DNA from: Giardia intestinalis
Lineage: Eukaryota
Reading direction: 5' to 3' (one strand)
Assembly: GCA_000002435.2 (NCBI GenBank)
Contig: CM018791.1
DNA: 64,000 nt
Shown here: piece after piece, positions 9,510-20,377 of the stretch
Layout of the letters: every line of letters begins with the position of its first letter
Numbering within the stretch: the first letter of the stretch is position 1
The notes under the pieces: generated by a model
What the model was told of the DNA's origin: nothing
The model's database searches: none
What the model saw: only the letters and a program-made list of their open reading frames with translations
Position numbers and translations under genes: made by a program

Positions 9510-10631
9510 CTAGACAAGAAACATGTTTGTGTCGGACATGGAGCGCCTGTAGGTATCTACGTTCACCTCTTGTGACCTGGGAAAGCCGTAGAAGATGTAG
9601 TTGTCGGAGACGTAGCTCAAGTAGCTACCGTTGTTTGTGCACATCAGGTGCAGCTCTGCAAGATCGAGGCTGCTGTTCTTCTCTATCACCATGCACCTCT
9701 CCCAACTGAGGGTCTTTGCAAATTCCCTGGCCTCCTCGTCAGACTCGAACCTCTTGGAAATCGGCAGCGATGGGCTGCTGCCTTTCCTCCTGCGCGATGA
9801 GCCGCCATCCTTCTGGCCACTTTCGTCGCTTTCTGACTTCCTGTTCTTCTTGTTACCTCTCCTGCCATCCGACGGAGTAGCAAATTCCACGGTGACGGAT
9901 CCTTTGCCTGGGGAAGCCTGAGGAGTCTTCTTCTTCTTGACACTGCTCTTCTCAGATAGAGTATTCCCCGCAGGAGACCCGCTAGCTGCTCCGTGCTCGC
10001 CTGTTTGTCTGGACTTGGCGTTAGACTTGGGCTTTGACTGCTGGGCCTTGATATCTTTCATAGCGAAGCAGTGATAGCAGTAGACAGGAGCGCGTTTGCA
10101 GATGTCACTCCACGTAACATCGCACGTGTCCGACACGGTCGGCGCGTCAGGGAATTCAGTCACAAGTTCCACGTACCGGCCGGCAAAGACTGTGGAGATA
10201 TCTTCGTAGATGCACTCGGCGGGTCGGTCTGACCCGGCTGACAGCTCGGAGCCGTAAAGCTCATAGAATCGATTGTACACTGAATGGATATCTATGGGGC
10301 CTATACCTATCTTTTTTAACTTGTCCCGAAGCGCACCGCAATCTTTTTCAGCAACATAAATTGGAATAAATCTCCCGTCTGAATTCTTGAAAAGGGCATC
10401 AGAAAGGGTAGCTGGCACGATATTATCACCTACAGCGATCAGAAACAGCTTGTTACCTTGCAAAAGCTGTAAAACGATGCCTTTGTCTGATGAAGAAGAC
10501 ACCCTAAGAAATTTAAAATTTATATCAGTAGGTGCTTCGTCCTTAGGGAACTCATCCAGCAGATATGTGTATATGGTAACATGCTCCCAAGGGCTAGATC
10601 CGTAACGAAACGTCTTGCCCACCTCGTACAT
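9510..10631 (-). CDS. hypothetical protein (373 aa) with central basic/Ser-rich low-complexity linker
   Basis: ATG-initiated ORF; N- and C-terminal globular-looking segments separated by a KKKK...RRRKGSS basic stretch. Confidence 0.55.
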   Translation of the reverse strand: MYEVGKTFRYGSSPWEHVTIYTYLLDEFPKDEAPTDINFKFLRVSSSSDKGIVLQLLQGNKLFLIAVGDNIVPATLSDALFKNSDGRFIPIYVAEKDCGALRDKLKKIGIGPIDIHSVYNRFYELYGSELSAGSDRPAECIYEDISTVFAGRYVELVTEFPDAPTVSDTCDVTWSDICKRAPVYCYHCFAMKDIKAQQSKPKSNAKSRQTGEHGAASGSPAGNTLSEKSSVKKKKTPQASPGKGSVTVEFATPSDGRRGNKKNRKSESDESGQKDGGSSRRRKGSSPSLPISKRFESDEEAREFAKTLSWERCMVIEKNSSLDLAELHLMCTNNGSYLSYVSDNYIFYGFPRSQEVNVDTYRRSMSDTNMFLV

Positions 10632-10775
10632 ACACTTTTAAATTTACCCCTTTTAATTTAGATTTATCTAGGTTCATTAGTCCGAGTCAAACTTACAACA
10701 ATGTTGCATACTGCCTGATTTGACTCTAGGTAGTGATTCTAGGTGGGTGCCCACGCACACATGCATACCACCTCG

Positions 10776-12824
10776 CTAAGCAATGCGTCTGCCCTGAACA
10801 TTACTTCTCTCACGGAACTGGGCGGCAGCCTGAGCACGCCGCTCACTGGAGAAAGCTTCTCCAAGCATCTTCTTTTGTGCCCGCCTTTCCCGCTTTATTT
10901 GCTTCGTGAGAGCCTTACGTTCTGCCCGTTCCGTACTGGTCTCATTGCTTCGTGTAGAAGGAAGAACATGGGGTCTGTACTGCTCGTCACTGCTGTGAGA
11001 ATCCACCTGAGACGGCGCTTGATTGTCGGATGCTCCTCTGCACTCCTCGTTCTCCTCGTGAACCACAGGAAGTGGATGAGAGCCTTTAGTTAGAGAGGTG
11101 ATGGGGATCCCACGCTTAGATAGAACGATCCTGACTGGCGCTTTGTCGGCTTCCATCTGCATGCTCTTGTCATCTGCCTTCCCAATATAATGAAGATTTC
11201 CCGCATCGTCTTCGATGGTGGGCTTCCGCTGTGCCTCAAGCTTCTGCCTTCCATAGCCCAGCTTATTCCAACTACAACGAATATATGCACGCGCGACCTG
11301 GCCAGACATAATGCAATCCACTAAGCCATTAACGATCTCCTCGTTGTCCATCATGTTCGTTCCCAAATACTTATCTAAGCCGCGATTGACATCATCTTCC
11401 ATGTTGCGGAGATTCTCTAACGACGCTTGCTGTATCGACTCTTCGGTAAGAAGAGCCAATTTTTGTGCATTAGTTACACACGGTTCTATTTGATCAACCT
11501 GTGAGCTACGCCCTTCTTGCATGTGAACAATTTTTTCGTTTGCAACGGTCATCATACGATTAAGCTCAGTATCCATAGAGTCTCCAGAAGTAAAGTGCCT
11601 TTGATTCATGTGTCTCCCCCTTCTCATCTGCACCGAGCTACCGACCGATTTAGCGGACAGCTTGGACAGATCTGTATATCCCCCTACGCTTGATAACCTG
11701 GAAAGCCTTGTGCGTCGAGAGATGGTTGATTTGCCGTCATCGAGACTATCAATATCCACTTCATCACCATAAACTATGCGATCTTCCTCTTCCTTAGTTG
11801 GAAGGCACGCCAGTCCACGGATACTATCCAGTGTAGCTCTATTCAGAGCAGCGGAGTTGCTCGTGATGTTAGCATTGAAGAAGTCGAGTGCCTCCTTAGC
11901 TTCATTTTCGTCTTCCTCTAGCCCAAGCGCGAGGCCAAAACCTTTGGTATGATCACTTTCTTCATTGTCGTGAGTATTTTTTAGAGCTCTGTCTTCTTCG
12001 GTGAACTCAAATCCCTCTAGGTCTGCATTTGTGAGGGTGGATTCGTCGGGAAACAGTGACTCCACAAGGACTCTTTTGACTGCTTCACTGGCTGCAACCA
12101 CGCGTGTTGTACCAATCATGTATGTTTTGCTTACAAATTCCTTTTGGTCATCCTGGGGTCTGGTCAGATCAAGAACAGTCTCGTGCTTGTTTGTATAGCT
12201 ACTCCAGTTGCTTAGATCGTCTCCTCTCAGTGTCTTCTCTGCTGAGATGAGCTCTGCTGCGGTGCCTGCCTCCTTGAACGAGTCAAACTCTGTGTTCATG
12301 ATTGCCTCCAGTTCTTCATCTAATTGATCCAACTCGCCTGCACTGATATCGTCTACCAGGCGCTTGCTTTGTTCATTCATCGCTTCATCACTCTCAGTGT
12401 GTTCTTCTACGGATTCAAGTAAATGCTCCACATCTTCTTCGCTCATGCACTCTTCTTCGACTATCAGTGATTCATCTTTTGGGTCAAGCTCTTTCGGTAC
12501 AACGTGATGCTGATGTGTTGTGCGCTTTGACGGAGTCTTGTCCACCACAAGAATACCGTCGTAATTTATCAGCGTTTCATCTGTAGAATCTCCATCCATT
12601 AGCTCCCCAGAGTATGGCATATCATTAGATGGTACCACAGGGGCAGACTCTGCCTCTCCAAGTATGAACATGTCATTGTGCCTTCGCTCCTCAAGGCCAT
12701 TTATGTACAGTTTCTCTCCGCCATGGTTGTGATTTTCTACTTCCTTGAGTGCGACCATCATTCTACCATCCTCTGAGATGATGTTCATGACATTGAAGAC
12801 GCGCTTCGCCTTCTTTGACTGCAT
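10776..12824 (-). CDS. hypothetical acidic protein (682 aa), largely low-complexity D/E-rich, basic C-terminal tail
   Basis: ATG-initiated ORF; long acidic tracts (EEECMSEEDVEHLLESVEEHTESDE...); basic K/R-rich last ~60 aa. Confidence 0.55.
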   Translation of the reverse strand: MQSKKAKRVFNVMNIISEDGRMMVALKEVENHNHGGEKLYINGLEERRHNDMFILGEAESAPVVPSNDMPYSGELMDGDSTDETLINYDGILVVDKTPSKRTTHQHHVVPKELDPKDESLIVEEECMSEEDVEHLLESVEEHTESDEAMNEQSKRLVDDISAGELDQLDEELEAIMNTEFDSFKEAGTAAELISAEKTLRGDDLSNWSSYTNKHETVLDLTRPQDDQKEFVSKTYMIGTTRVVAASEAVKRVLVESLFPDESTLTNADLEGFEFTEEDRALKNTHDNEESDHTKGFGLALGLEEDENEAKEALDFFNANITSNSAALNRATLDSIRGLACLPTKEEEDRIVYGDEVDIDSLDDGKSTISRRTRLSRLSSVGGYTDLSKLSAKSVGSSVQMRRGRHMNQRHFTSGDSMDTELNRMMTVANEKIVHMQEGRSSQVDQIEPCVTNAQKLALLTEESIQQASLENLRNMEDDVNRGLDKYLGTNMMDNEEIVNGLVDCIMSGQVARAYIRCSWNKLGYGRQKLEAQRKPTIEDDAGNLHYIGKADDKSMQMEADKAPVRIVLSKRGIPITSLTKGSHPLPVVHEENEECRGASDNQAPSQVDSHSSDEQYRPHVLPSTRSNETSTERAERKALTKQIKRERRAQKKMLGEAFSSERRAQAAAQFRERSNVQGRRIA

Positions 12825-13277
12825 TTATTTAATCTCTTGAATTTTAGCATATCATCATACGCAGCAGTGGAGCTGGCCAGCAACGAGTACACAAGAGAAT
12901 ACCTGACTCCTCACTGTAAAACTTCTTTATCATTACCAGTACGATTAATAAATTGCTGGATTGCTTCGTACAGTTCGCTCATTCTTTCGTAAGTTAGCAA
13001 GCGTAAACTAGTAAATCTCGCAGCATGTCTTTCCTTCAATTAAAAATACCTGAGATTGACAAAGGGGGTTAATTATATTTTCAACGTACAACGACATGAA
13101 GCCACAAGGACCGCGACTCATGGTATAAGCAGATCTGTTAGGATGTTATTCTTAACCTTGTTGTTAATTCTTCGTTAAGCCCCTTCTCTTGAGCTCACCT
13201 TTCAACAACAGTGCAGACATTTCACGTGTTTTTGTGAAAATTTCAATTAGAAAAGCTCTTATTAGATTTAATTGCTC

Positions 13278-15446
13278 ATGTCTGTTGATCTCCCGCAGCA
13301 CGTCCTGGATGCATTAGACAAAGCTGAAAAATACCTATGTGGCATGGCGTCAACGTCTGTGGAGCGCACGGAAGGTGCTAACACCGTGTTCACCATTGCT
13401 CGAGGGCACACTATTCCTTTGGCAGAGCATACATTTGGGGCGCGGATGCTGGAGGAAGCTTTGCAAGTGGGCACACGTGATCAGATTTCTGCCGTCTTCA
13501 CTGAGCTATACCCCTCTATTATGACGGTAATGCGCTCAGAGTCTGGAAGCCACGTTTGTCAAACGTTGCTGGCACTCATTTCCAGAATCTACAGAGATGA
13601 TTGCAGCAGCCTTTCTATGGAATCCCTGGGCGTAGTATCTGCAATCAATAAGGCAGATGGCAGCCTAGCAGAACTCTACTCCGCACTTGTTCTCCAGAAA
13701 ATAATCCCGGAAATCCCCAGCCTTATTACGCACAAGTTTACTAACCATGTTCTCCGCACACTCCTTCGTGTAGAAGGCGGTAGTCCGCCTGAGGACGAAG
13801 ACCGCGGACGCCGCAAGCACGCCAATGAATCGACGTTCTGCACGATGTACGGGCCCACAGACCCTTTTGCAGGCGTCTGCAGCAACTTGTTTATACCGTT
13901 TAGCCAGGCACTTTATAAGACTCTTCAAGGTCAGAGTACAATCTATCAATCTTGCTTCGACACATATAAGTCTGTCCTTCTGCAGACCTACTGCAAAATC
14001 ATCGCCCGCTGCAAGGAATCCATCGATATTCCTACAGTGCAACAGCCTCTAGGGGTTCTCCTCCAACTCCTAAATCTTCCAACAACTATTATAGATAAGG
14101 TAACGCGAAAAAAGCTTAAGGACTTTACCCTCAAGTTCAGCACTTTTAAGGATCTATGCAAGAACACTTCTGCATGCTTTGCTCTGGAGTCTGTTTTTGA
14201 GTCTGTGAGCGTTTCCCAACCTGAAGCCTGTGGCGCGTTAGCTAACTTTGTCATTTCCGGGACAACCTTGTCGCGCACTTATAACGAGTTCAAGGACCTC
14301 TCAGTAATAGCAGGATCTAAGACAGCGTCTCATGTTTTCTCTGTAATAATAGGCTTTTGCGATGATCCACGGCTCTTGACCGATCTCCTTGGCGTTTACA
14401 CTGCTTCCTGTTCTGTTATCTTTGAGCACGACTACTCTAAGCTTATACAAAGCCTCTTTAGGGGTCTTTGTAGGGCAGCCACATTCGTTTCAAAAACCTT
14501 AAAAGAAAGTAGCGAAGAAGAAAATGTCGCGCAAAACGATAATCAGAATAAGAACGCTATGGATGTTATTTCACCAGAGCTTGTGGCATCGTTCGAAAAG
14601 GCACAAAGAACTTTTATCGACGCAATAATAGAGCTAACAGAAGCCGATAAGCGTTTTATTAGAGCTCTTCTCCTTCCAGGCCAACCACTAACGGGCCCCT
14701 TTTCCCTTGAGTTTTCGTTCTCCACCAACAGCAAGTACATGTTCAAGGCACTGGCCACCACCTTCGCCGACAAGTCACATGTGACACCTGAATTTAAGCA
14801 GCAGCGCCGCGAAGAGCATCAGCGCAGAGAGAAGCTTGCTAAGGAACAGTTTTTCGGGACAAAATACAAGAAGAAGGAGGCAGGCACGATCACCCATGCA
14901 GGTGTTTGGCAAACCGGGAAAGGGATAGTGATTTCCTGGTTCAATATGGGAAATCCTGACATCGTCAATATGGCCGCTGAATCCCTTATTGACTATTCGT
15001 TCCCAGACCCTGGAGATGCGTTTAAACTGATCATGCATCCAGCAGGCTGCGATGTTTATCAAGCGTGCCTAGGAAGCGTGTATGTAGCCCCTTGGTACAA
15101 GATAAAGCTCATTAATAACTTAAAGCCCGTGATTGACAAGCTGGCTCGGAATAAGCTCGGATGTTTGGTTCTCACTGCGCTGTTCGACGCAACCTTGTCT
15201 GACACCGGTGACATCCCGGCGGACGTGATAGAGGCCAGTCGAATAGTCCTTGCTAGTGAAATTGACGTTCGTGCTGCTAGTGCATCCTTCCATGGACGTC
15301 AGCTATGTGCCTATATGAAGCTGGACGAATTTCAACGTTCTGGAGAAGACTGGAGTAGAACCTTGCAGAGACGAACGGAAGTCAGGAAAGAGATCATGTC
15401 GATCTTCGATGATGCTGCAGAGCCTAGAAGGCGCAGAAAGGCCTAG
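13278..15446 (+). CDS. Pumilio-repeat (PUF/Nop9-like) RNA-binding protein candidate
   Basis: Repeated helical units resembling Puf repeats (HTFGARMLEEALQ, ESGSHVCQTLLALIS, FTNHVLRTLLRV); basic RRRRKA C-terminus; ORF-track start 13272 is TTG, ATG is at 13278. Confidence 0.45.
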   Translation: MSVDLPQHVLDALDKAEKYLCGMASTSVERTEGANTVFTIARGHTIPLAEHTFGARMLEEALQVGTRDQISAVFTELYPSIMTVMRSESGSHVCQTLLALISRIYRDDCSSLSMESLGVVSAINKADGSLAELYSALVLQKIIPEIPSLITHKFTNHVLRTLLRVEGGSPPEDEDRGRRKHANESTFCTMYGPTDPFAGVCSNLFIPFSQALYKTLQGQSTIYQSCFDTYKSVLLQTYCKIIARCKESIDIPTVQQPLGVLLQLLNLPTTIIDKVTRKKLKDFTLKFSTFKDLCKNTSACFALESVFESVSVSQPEACGALANFVISGTTLSRTYNEFKDLSVIAGSKTASHVFSVIIGFCDDPRLLTDLLGVYTASCSVIFEHDYSKLIQSLFRGLCRAATFVSKTLKESSEEENVAQNDNQNKNAMDVISPELVASFEKAQRTFIDAIIELTEADKRFIRALLLPGQPLTGPFSLEFSFSTNSKYMFKALATTFADKSHVTPEFKQQRREEHQRREKLAKEQFFGTKYKKKEAGTITHAGVWQTGKGIVISWFNMGNPDIVNMAAESLIDYSFPDPGDAFKLIMHPAGCDVYQACLGSVYVAPWYKIKLINNLKPVIDKLARNKLGCLVLTALFDATLSDTGDIPADVIEASRIVLASEIDVRAASASFHGRQLCAYMKLDEFQRSGEDWSRTLQRRTEVRKEIMSIFDDAAEPRRRRKA

Positions 15447-15466
15447 GCAAACGTTGCAAAGAGGAG

Positions 15467-18400
15467 CTACCATCCGTCCTCGATACTATCATCAGATTCC
15501 AGATCTGAAAGATTTAACAGGCCCTTGGTGCTTCTTCGAGACGTTTTTCCTGTGGTTCTTCTACTTGGCATTCTACGGGACGCTTTGACACAAGACAGTG
15601 TAGATACGTCATCTGGAAGTAGAGAAGAGATCTGAGAATTAGGGCCAGCCCACTCCATGAGCTGGCTGGCCACAGAACGAAACTCGGCTACGATGTTAGG
15701 GCTGGCCTTGCTAATTACCTTAGAGTGTAGGTAGGTAACGCAGTACAGGATACGCTTTATGACCAGTTCATTAGTGTGATATTTGTCAGCAAAGTGTATA
15801 ATATTCTTCGTAAGTGCAATTACAATACTAGCGTCCACAGCCATATCTATGAGGTACTTGATCATGAACTCGTACTCCTCCTCTGTAGCAGACTCCATGC
15901 TTGTCAATAAGGATGATATGAGTTCAGAAATGTGGCTACGGAGGGGGTTGGGCTGCTTTTTGGCGATGGTATCAAAAAGAATACCTGCTATGGAAGACAC
16001 GTTATCATTATCATTGCTTAGTAACTTAAGTGCGCATAGTATGTGTGTCTCTGGTTTCAGATAATCGGCCGAAATTAGCTGCGTAAGATGTAGTAGCCCC
16101 GTGGCTTGAAATTCTGGCCAGTCGTTCTGCAGTAATGGGTAGAAGAGCTGCTCCAGTGCAAACTTTGTGGTAAAAACAGATGAGTTAGTCATCACGCATG
16201 AAATCAGAGACTTGTATGCTGCAAACTGTGCCGGATTTGACTGGTTGGTGTGCTCTCGCGGCAACTTCATAGCCTTAACAAAAAGAAGAAGCGCTGCTTC
16301 TATGAAGTACCGACGGTTTCCTGTCTTTGGATCTTTTATTTTGAAGTTTAATGGTAGCGTCGCGCAGAATTTCCCTATATTCAGTATAAGACTATAAAAC
16401 ACAGCTCCACTAGCCACCTCTATCTCTCCAGTGTCATAAGAGTCGCACATGGTAGATAGCGCGTTAAGAGCTACGTCAGCTGCCACATATAGCTCTGAGA
16501 ACTCTTCCATGATATCGTCGCAGCTATGTGGAACGTTAGGGCCTGTCATAAATATTGACCCGCTATTGAGTAGAGTGTTCTTTGCAGTCTCGTTCCCAAG
16601 CATATGAATGTACTCATTAAAGAGAAGACCAGACAGCTCTGCGTAGAGGGACGTGTATCCAATGAGGTGGGCCACAGTGTTTGTCGCCATTAACATGCCA
16701 GAGAGATTGTCAATGTACACTTTTCCTCCAAGACCCAAGATTCCAACAAATTCCGAAAAGCATAAGAAGGGGTTGTTTCCTATATAGTTGTGCACAGATT
16801 GCAGCAGATGAAGAAACGAATTCTTCATGTTTTCTCCGTGACTCTGCACTGTCACGAGGATTGGTTCTAAAATATTGCCAGAAAAGGCCGCAGAGAGGAG
16901 AGTATAACAGAGGATGCCCATTTCCTTTAGAAATAATGTGTTTTTGGATGAAAGCAGTGCTCCGACAAAGATCGTCATTATGCGGATCACTGTCTCCGAT
17001 GAAATCACTAAAAAACGGTTGTAAATTGATGTGAACATGTTCAAAAGGCGCACCGAAACATATTTAACAATGTCCACCTCGCTTAGCACCCCGGTTAGGA
17101 GCTTCTCAATCATGTTGCGCCTTGTGATTGTCACACGTGAGAAATCCAATAAGTCCTGAAGAGCTGAGGGGACAGTCAGCTTAGCTGTATTTTTGGCAAT
17201 GGCACCAAGAAGCACTGTGATAGTTCGGTCGAGCTGGTCGTGTCGTAAATGAGCCTCAGCAGGGTATGTATTTGCGATAGTACTATAGAAAAAGATGATG
17301 CGGTTGACAAATTCATTGACGAATGATTGGTCGGAGCCCTCTAGAGGCTTGGTTGTATTACCCTCTATATCCTCAGACTTGTATATCCCGTTTTCAAAGA
17401 GAACTCTAAAGACAGATGTTAATACGCGGCTATCTAAGGCTTCGGTCGAGGTTCCTGACGCAGATGCTAATGCTATGAGATCACAACACGCCTCTAGAGA
17501 CCCATAAACTTTGAATTCAAGACATGCTTCTATGAGTATAAAGACTTCAGAGTCAGAGAGTTGCGTAGAAACCAAATGGGATCGGATGAGGCGAAGGCAC
17601 TCCTCATAGATTTGGGCGAAGCGCAGCGCAGATACAACGATATCTACTTGCTTGCGCGCGTTGTTACGATCTGTCACTTCCGTATTTTCTGATTCGTTGA
17701 GCACGCTTATTGCAAGACTGACGGCAAGATCAATCTTGTCTTCATAGGAGAAGGAGAGATGTCTATCATACTTCTTGCATACAATATTATAGAGAATCTT
17801 CAGCTCATGAGAATTAATGCTTGGACCCCAAGGATTGTGCTGTAGGAGAGACACCAGCCCCTTGCAGGCGGCCTTTCTCACTAGTGTTGTATTATCCATA
17901 AGCATGCAAGCCAGCGTTCGGGCTGCCTTGACATACCAGTTGTGTGGGGTGCGTACCTTCTTATGGCCAGAGCTTTGAAGTGCGGATACTGCTAAGGTGG
18001 AGTGCTCCGCAGTATCATCTGTAATTATCTTTAGGGCACCCAGCGTCATGCATTCACAGGCTGCCGACCTTACGCCGTTGCTGACATCACACACCCTTTC
18101 TGCAGACATGACAAGAAGAGCCACAGGAGAGAAGAACAAACCACGCAATGCACCGGCACGCACCTTGTAGGAAGCGTGGAATGTCAGTTCTGAAAGAACA
18201 GCTTCGGTGGTGGAGTTGAAGTAGCTAGCCTCTTGGCGATCGAGTGCCTCGAGTAGCGATGCCAGGCCACCTTCTAGCAGCTCGTTTTGTTGGCTACCCA
18301 CGATATCAATGATCGCCTGGAGTAAGGCGTTGAATTCGGCTACAGGAAGCACGATAAGACAATCACAAACATAACTTCCACGGCTAGGCGAAAGATAAGG

Positions 18401-19045
18401 GCTCGCTTCTCTTGTGATGGTACTCAGAGTGGCTTCTGCGAGTAGATGGTATAACTGAGCAACATACTCGTTGGACGTGCTCCGCTGAAGAGACGTGTGT
18501 AGAGCCTCCACCACTAGATCCCCGCCTGTCTGCCGAATAAACTTATCTTGATGCTTCATGCCAGATCTGCATGCATCTGCCATTCCCATACGGAACAAGG
18601 ATGCAACAAAGTTGGGTGGATAGGATAGGTGCCCATCAAATCTGTCGAGAGCCCTCAAGAGATCAAGGGCCGTCTCTGACAAGTCAAAATGATGGGCGAT
18701 GGTACAACACAAACATGAGATGGTGTTGATGGTTATCGCCGTTGCCTGTTCGTGTGACAGACTGGTAGTCGTGACCATAGAGTCTACTATGTCTGCTGAA
18801 AGCAGAGCAAATACTGTAGCGAGTAGCGACTGAGCAAATGGCTGGTGAAGATGTGCAAAGCTAAGGACCATAGATGAAAAGCTTCGGTTTTCAAGGAGCA
18901 AGAATCCAAGAGGTGCTTTTTCAAGGTCATGAAGAAGTGTGGTTGCCGCATCCTCTAGCAACGTGCTCCTTCCATTATATATTACTTTACCATCCTCAAT
19001 CGTGAGGACGGGTCCATTTGGCAGAAGGTCTGCGAGGCTCTGCAT
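15467..19045 (-). CDS. large hypothetical protein (1192 aa), all-alpha ARM/HEAT-like repeat architecture
   Basis: Long ATG-initiated ORF; periodic hydrophobic-helix pattern, no enzymatic motifs recognised. Confidence 0.6.
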   Translation of the reverse strand: MQSLADLLPNGPVLTIEDGKVIYNGRSTLLEDAATTLLHDLEKAPLGFLLLENRSFSSMVLSFAHLHQPFAQSLLATVFALLSADIVDSMVTTTSLSHEQATAITINTISCLCCTIAHHFDLSETALDLLRALDRFDGHLSYPPNFVASLFRMGMADACRSGMKHQDKFIRQTGGDLVVEALHTSLQRSTSNEYVAQLYHLLAEATLSTITREASPYLSPSRGSYVCDCLIVLPVAEFNALLQAIIDIVGSQQNELLEGGLASLLEALDRQEASYFNSTTEAVLSELTFHASYKVRAGALRGLFFSPVALLVMSAERVCDVSNGVRSAACECMTLGALKIITDDTAEHSTLAVSALQSSGHKKVRTPHNWYVKAARTLACMLMDNTTLVRKAACKGLVSLLQHNPWGPSINSHELKILYNIVCKKYDRHLSFSYEDKIDLAVSLAISVLNESENTEVTDRNNARKQVDIVVSALRFAQIYEECLRLIRSHLVSTQLSDSEVFILIEACLEFKVYGSLEACCDLIALASASGTSTEALDSRVLTSVFRVLFENGIYKSEDIEGNTTKPLEGSDQSFVNEFVNRIIFFYSTIANTYPAEAHLRHDQLDRTITVLLGAIAKNTAKLTVPSALQDLLDFSRVTITRRNMIEKLLTGVLSEVDIVKYVSVRLLNMFTSIYNRFLVISSETVIRIMTIFVGALLSSKNTLFLKEMGILCYTLLSAAFSGNILEPILVTVQSHGENMKNSFLHLLQSVHNYIGNNPFLCFSEFVGILGLGGKVYIDNLSGMLMATNTVAHLIGYTSLYAELSGLLFNEYIHMLGNETAKNTLLNSGSIFMTGPNVPHSCDDIMEEFSELYVAADVALNALSTMCDSYDTGEIEVASGAVFYSLILNIGKFCATLPLNFKIKDPKTGNRRYFIEAALLLFVKAMKLPREHTNQSNPAQFAAYKSLISCVMTNSSVFTTKFALEQLFYPLLQNDWPEFQATGLLHLTQLISADYLKPETHILCALKLLSNDNDNVSSIAGILFDTIAKKQPNPLRSHISELISSLLTSMESATEEEYEFMIKYLIDMAVDASIVIALTKNIIHFADKYHTNELVIKRILYCVTYLHSKVISKASPNIVAEFRSVASQLMEWAGPNSQISSLLPDDVSTLSCVKASRRMPSRRTTGKTSRRSTKGLLNLSDLESDDSIEDGW

Positions 19046-19077
19046 GACAAGTAGAAAAAAGCCTCGAAAATTTAAGC

Positions 19078-20370
19078 ATGGAGGAAACCCTGCCTCTCAC
19101 CTTCACAGTCGATGAAACGATACCGCCAGAGACGTTTCCCTTGGACGCATTCTATCGCTTTAATCACAAACTTCCATATAAATGGTTTACTTGTACCGAG
19201 CCGGAGATAGAGTCATGCAAGTACATAACAGCCCCTCCGAATTACAGACCCCAGGACACTGACGATCCCGGGTATCAGCTATATAAGCAGTATTTCAATC
19301 TGTCATTTGTTCTTCAAGAATTTCATAAGCTTGTTACCGAGGCGCGGCTGGGGAAAAGTTATCAGTATTCAGACGGCAAGCAAATGGTTCAAGCCTTCCC
19401 CAGTTCTGCTAGTATAGAGGGATATGAGCTGCTACTAGATGGTGCAACAGCTATGAATGGGAAGTTGGTGACAATTGGCGCTTGCCTCGCTAGATGTAGG
19501 CAGGCGAAGAAGGCAGTAGAAGAGCGCCAGAGACAGATTGATGCTCACGTTGACATGATAGCCAGGTATGGACGGGTGGCCCCTCTGGTTCTTGAACCGC
19601 GCTTCCTCCAACTGGCGCTATCAACAGACGAGATCTTGATGCTCTCCGAAGATCTAGGAAAGTATCTGCGTTGCAAACGCTCTGCTGTTAGGGTGTGTCT
19701 CCCCAACACAACTCTACCATTGACGAGGTTCCTGGCATGTTCAAAGTGTGGGAGCTGCGCGTCCATCAAAGCATATCTACGCTCATGTAATGTTGCGGCC
19801 ACGTTCGTTTATCTGCAACGTTACTATATGCACATCAATTCCCTAGCAAATATGCTGGATTTAGGTGAGATCATAATTGGCCCTAGCCCGGGGCAAACAA
19901 TATGCTGCAAAGTGAAGCTGTTCACCGAGAAAGCAAGTACAGAACATAATGAAAAGAACGATGAGAATAGGTCCAAACTGAATAGCACCGGTTACAGATA
20001 CGTGCCATCAGACTTTGACCTATCCATTAGTGAAGAGAGTGACGCTACAGATGTAGCTGCTGAAGAGCATGACGTGCTGCCAGATATGACGTTCATGCAG
20101 TCAGTGGCGAGATTAGACATTTCACTTCCACTGAATACCTTAAGTCCTAGATTGATCAGTGGCGTGCTCAAGTTGGCCCACGTGAGAGAAGAAAATCCAA
20201 TACACTTGGTCCAGGACCTTCTCAATGTACACACCTGTTGCGTGCAAAGGCTGAAACTAGGAGATCGAATATTGTTAGAAGCATCGTTCCCTCACCGCAT
20301 GACATTAATAAATGATCATAAAACACACACTATTTCGTCTAAGGATGGAGTGCTGTGTGGACATATGTGA
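19078..20370 (+). CDS. hypothetical protein (430 aa)
   Basis: ATG-initiated ORF starting 32 bp from the divergent 1192-aa gene start; no recognisable motifs. Confidence 0.55.
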   Translation: MEETLPLTFTVDETIPPETFPLDAFYRFNHKLPYKWFTCTEPEIESCKYITAPPNYRPQDTDDPGYQLYKQYFNLSFVLQEFHKLVTEARLGKSYQYSDGKQMVQAFPSSASIEGYELLLDGATAMNGKLVTIGACLARCRQAKKAVEERQRQIDAHVDMIARYGRVAPLVLEPRFLQLALSTDEILMLSEDLGKYLRCKRSAVRVCLPNTTLPLTRFLACSKCGSCASIKAYLRSCNVAATFVYLQRYYMHINSLANMLDLGEIIIGPSPGQTICCKVKLFTEKASTEHNEKNDENRSKLNSTGYRYVPSDFDLSISEESDATDVAAEEHDVLPDMTFMQSVARLDISLPLNTLSPRLISGVLKLAHVREENPIHLVQDLLNVHTCCVQRLKLGDRILLEASFPHRMTLINDHKTHTISSKDGVLCGHM

Positions 20371-20377
20371 AGCATCA

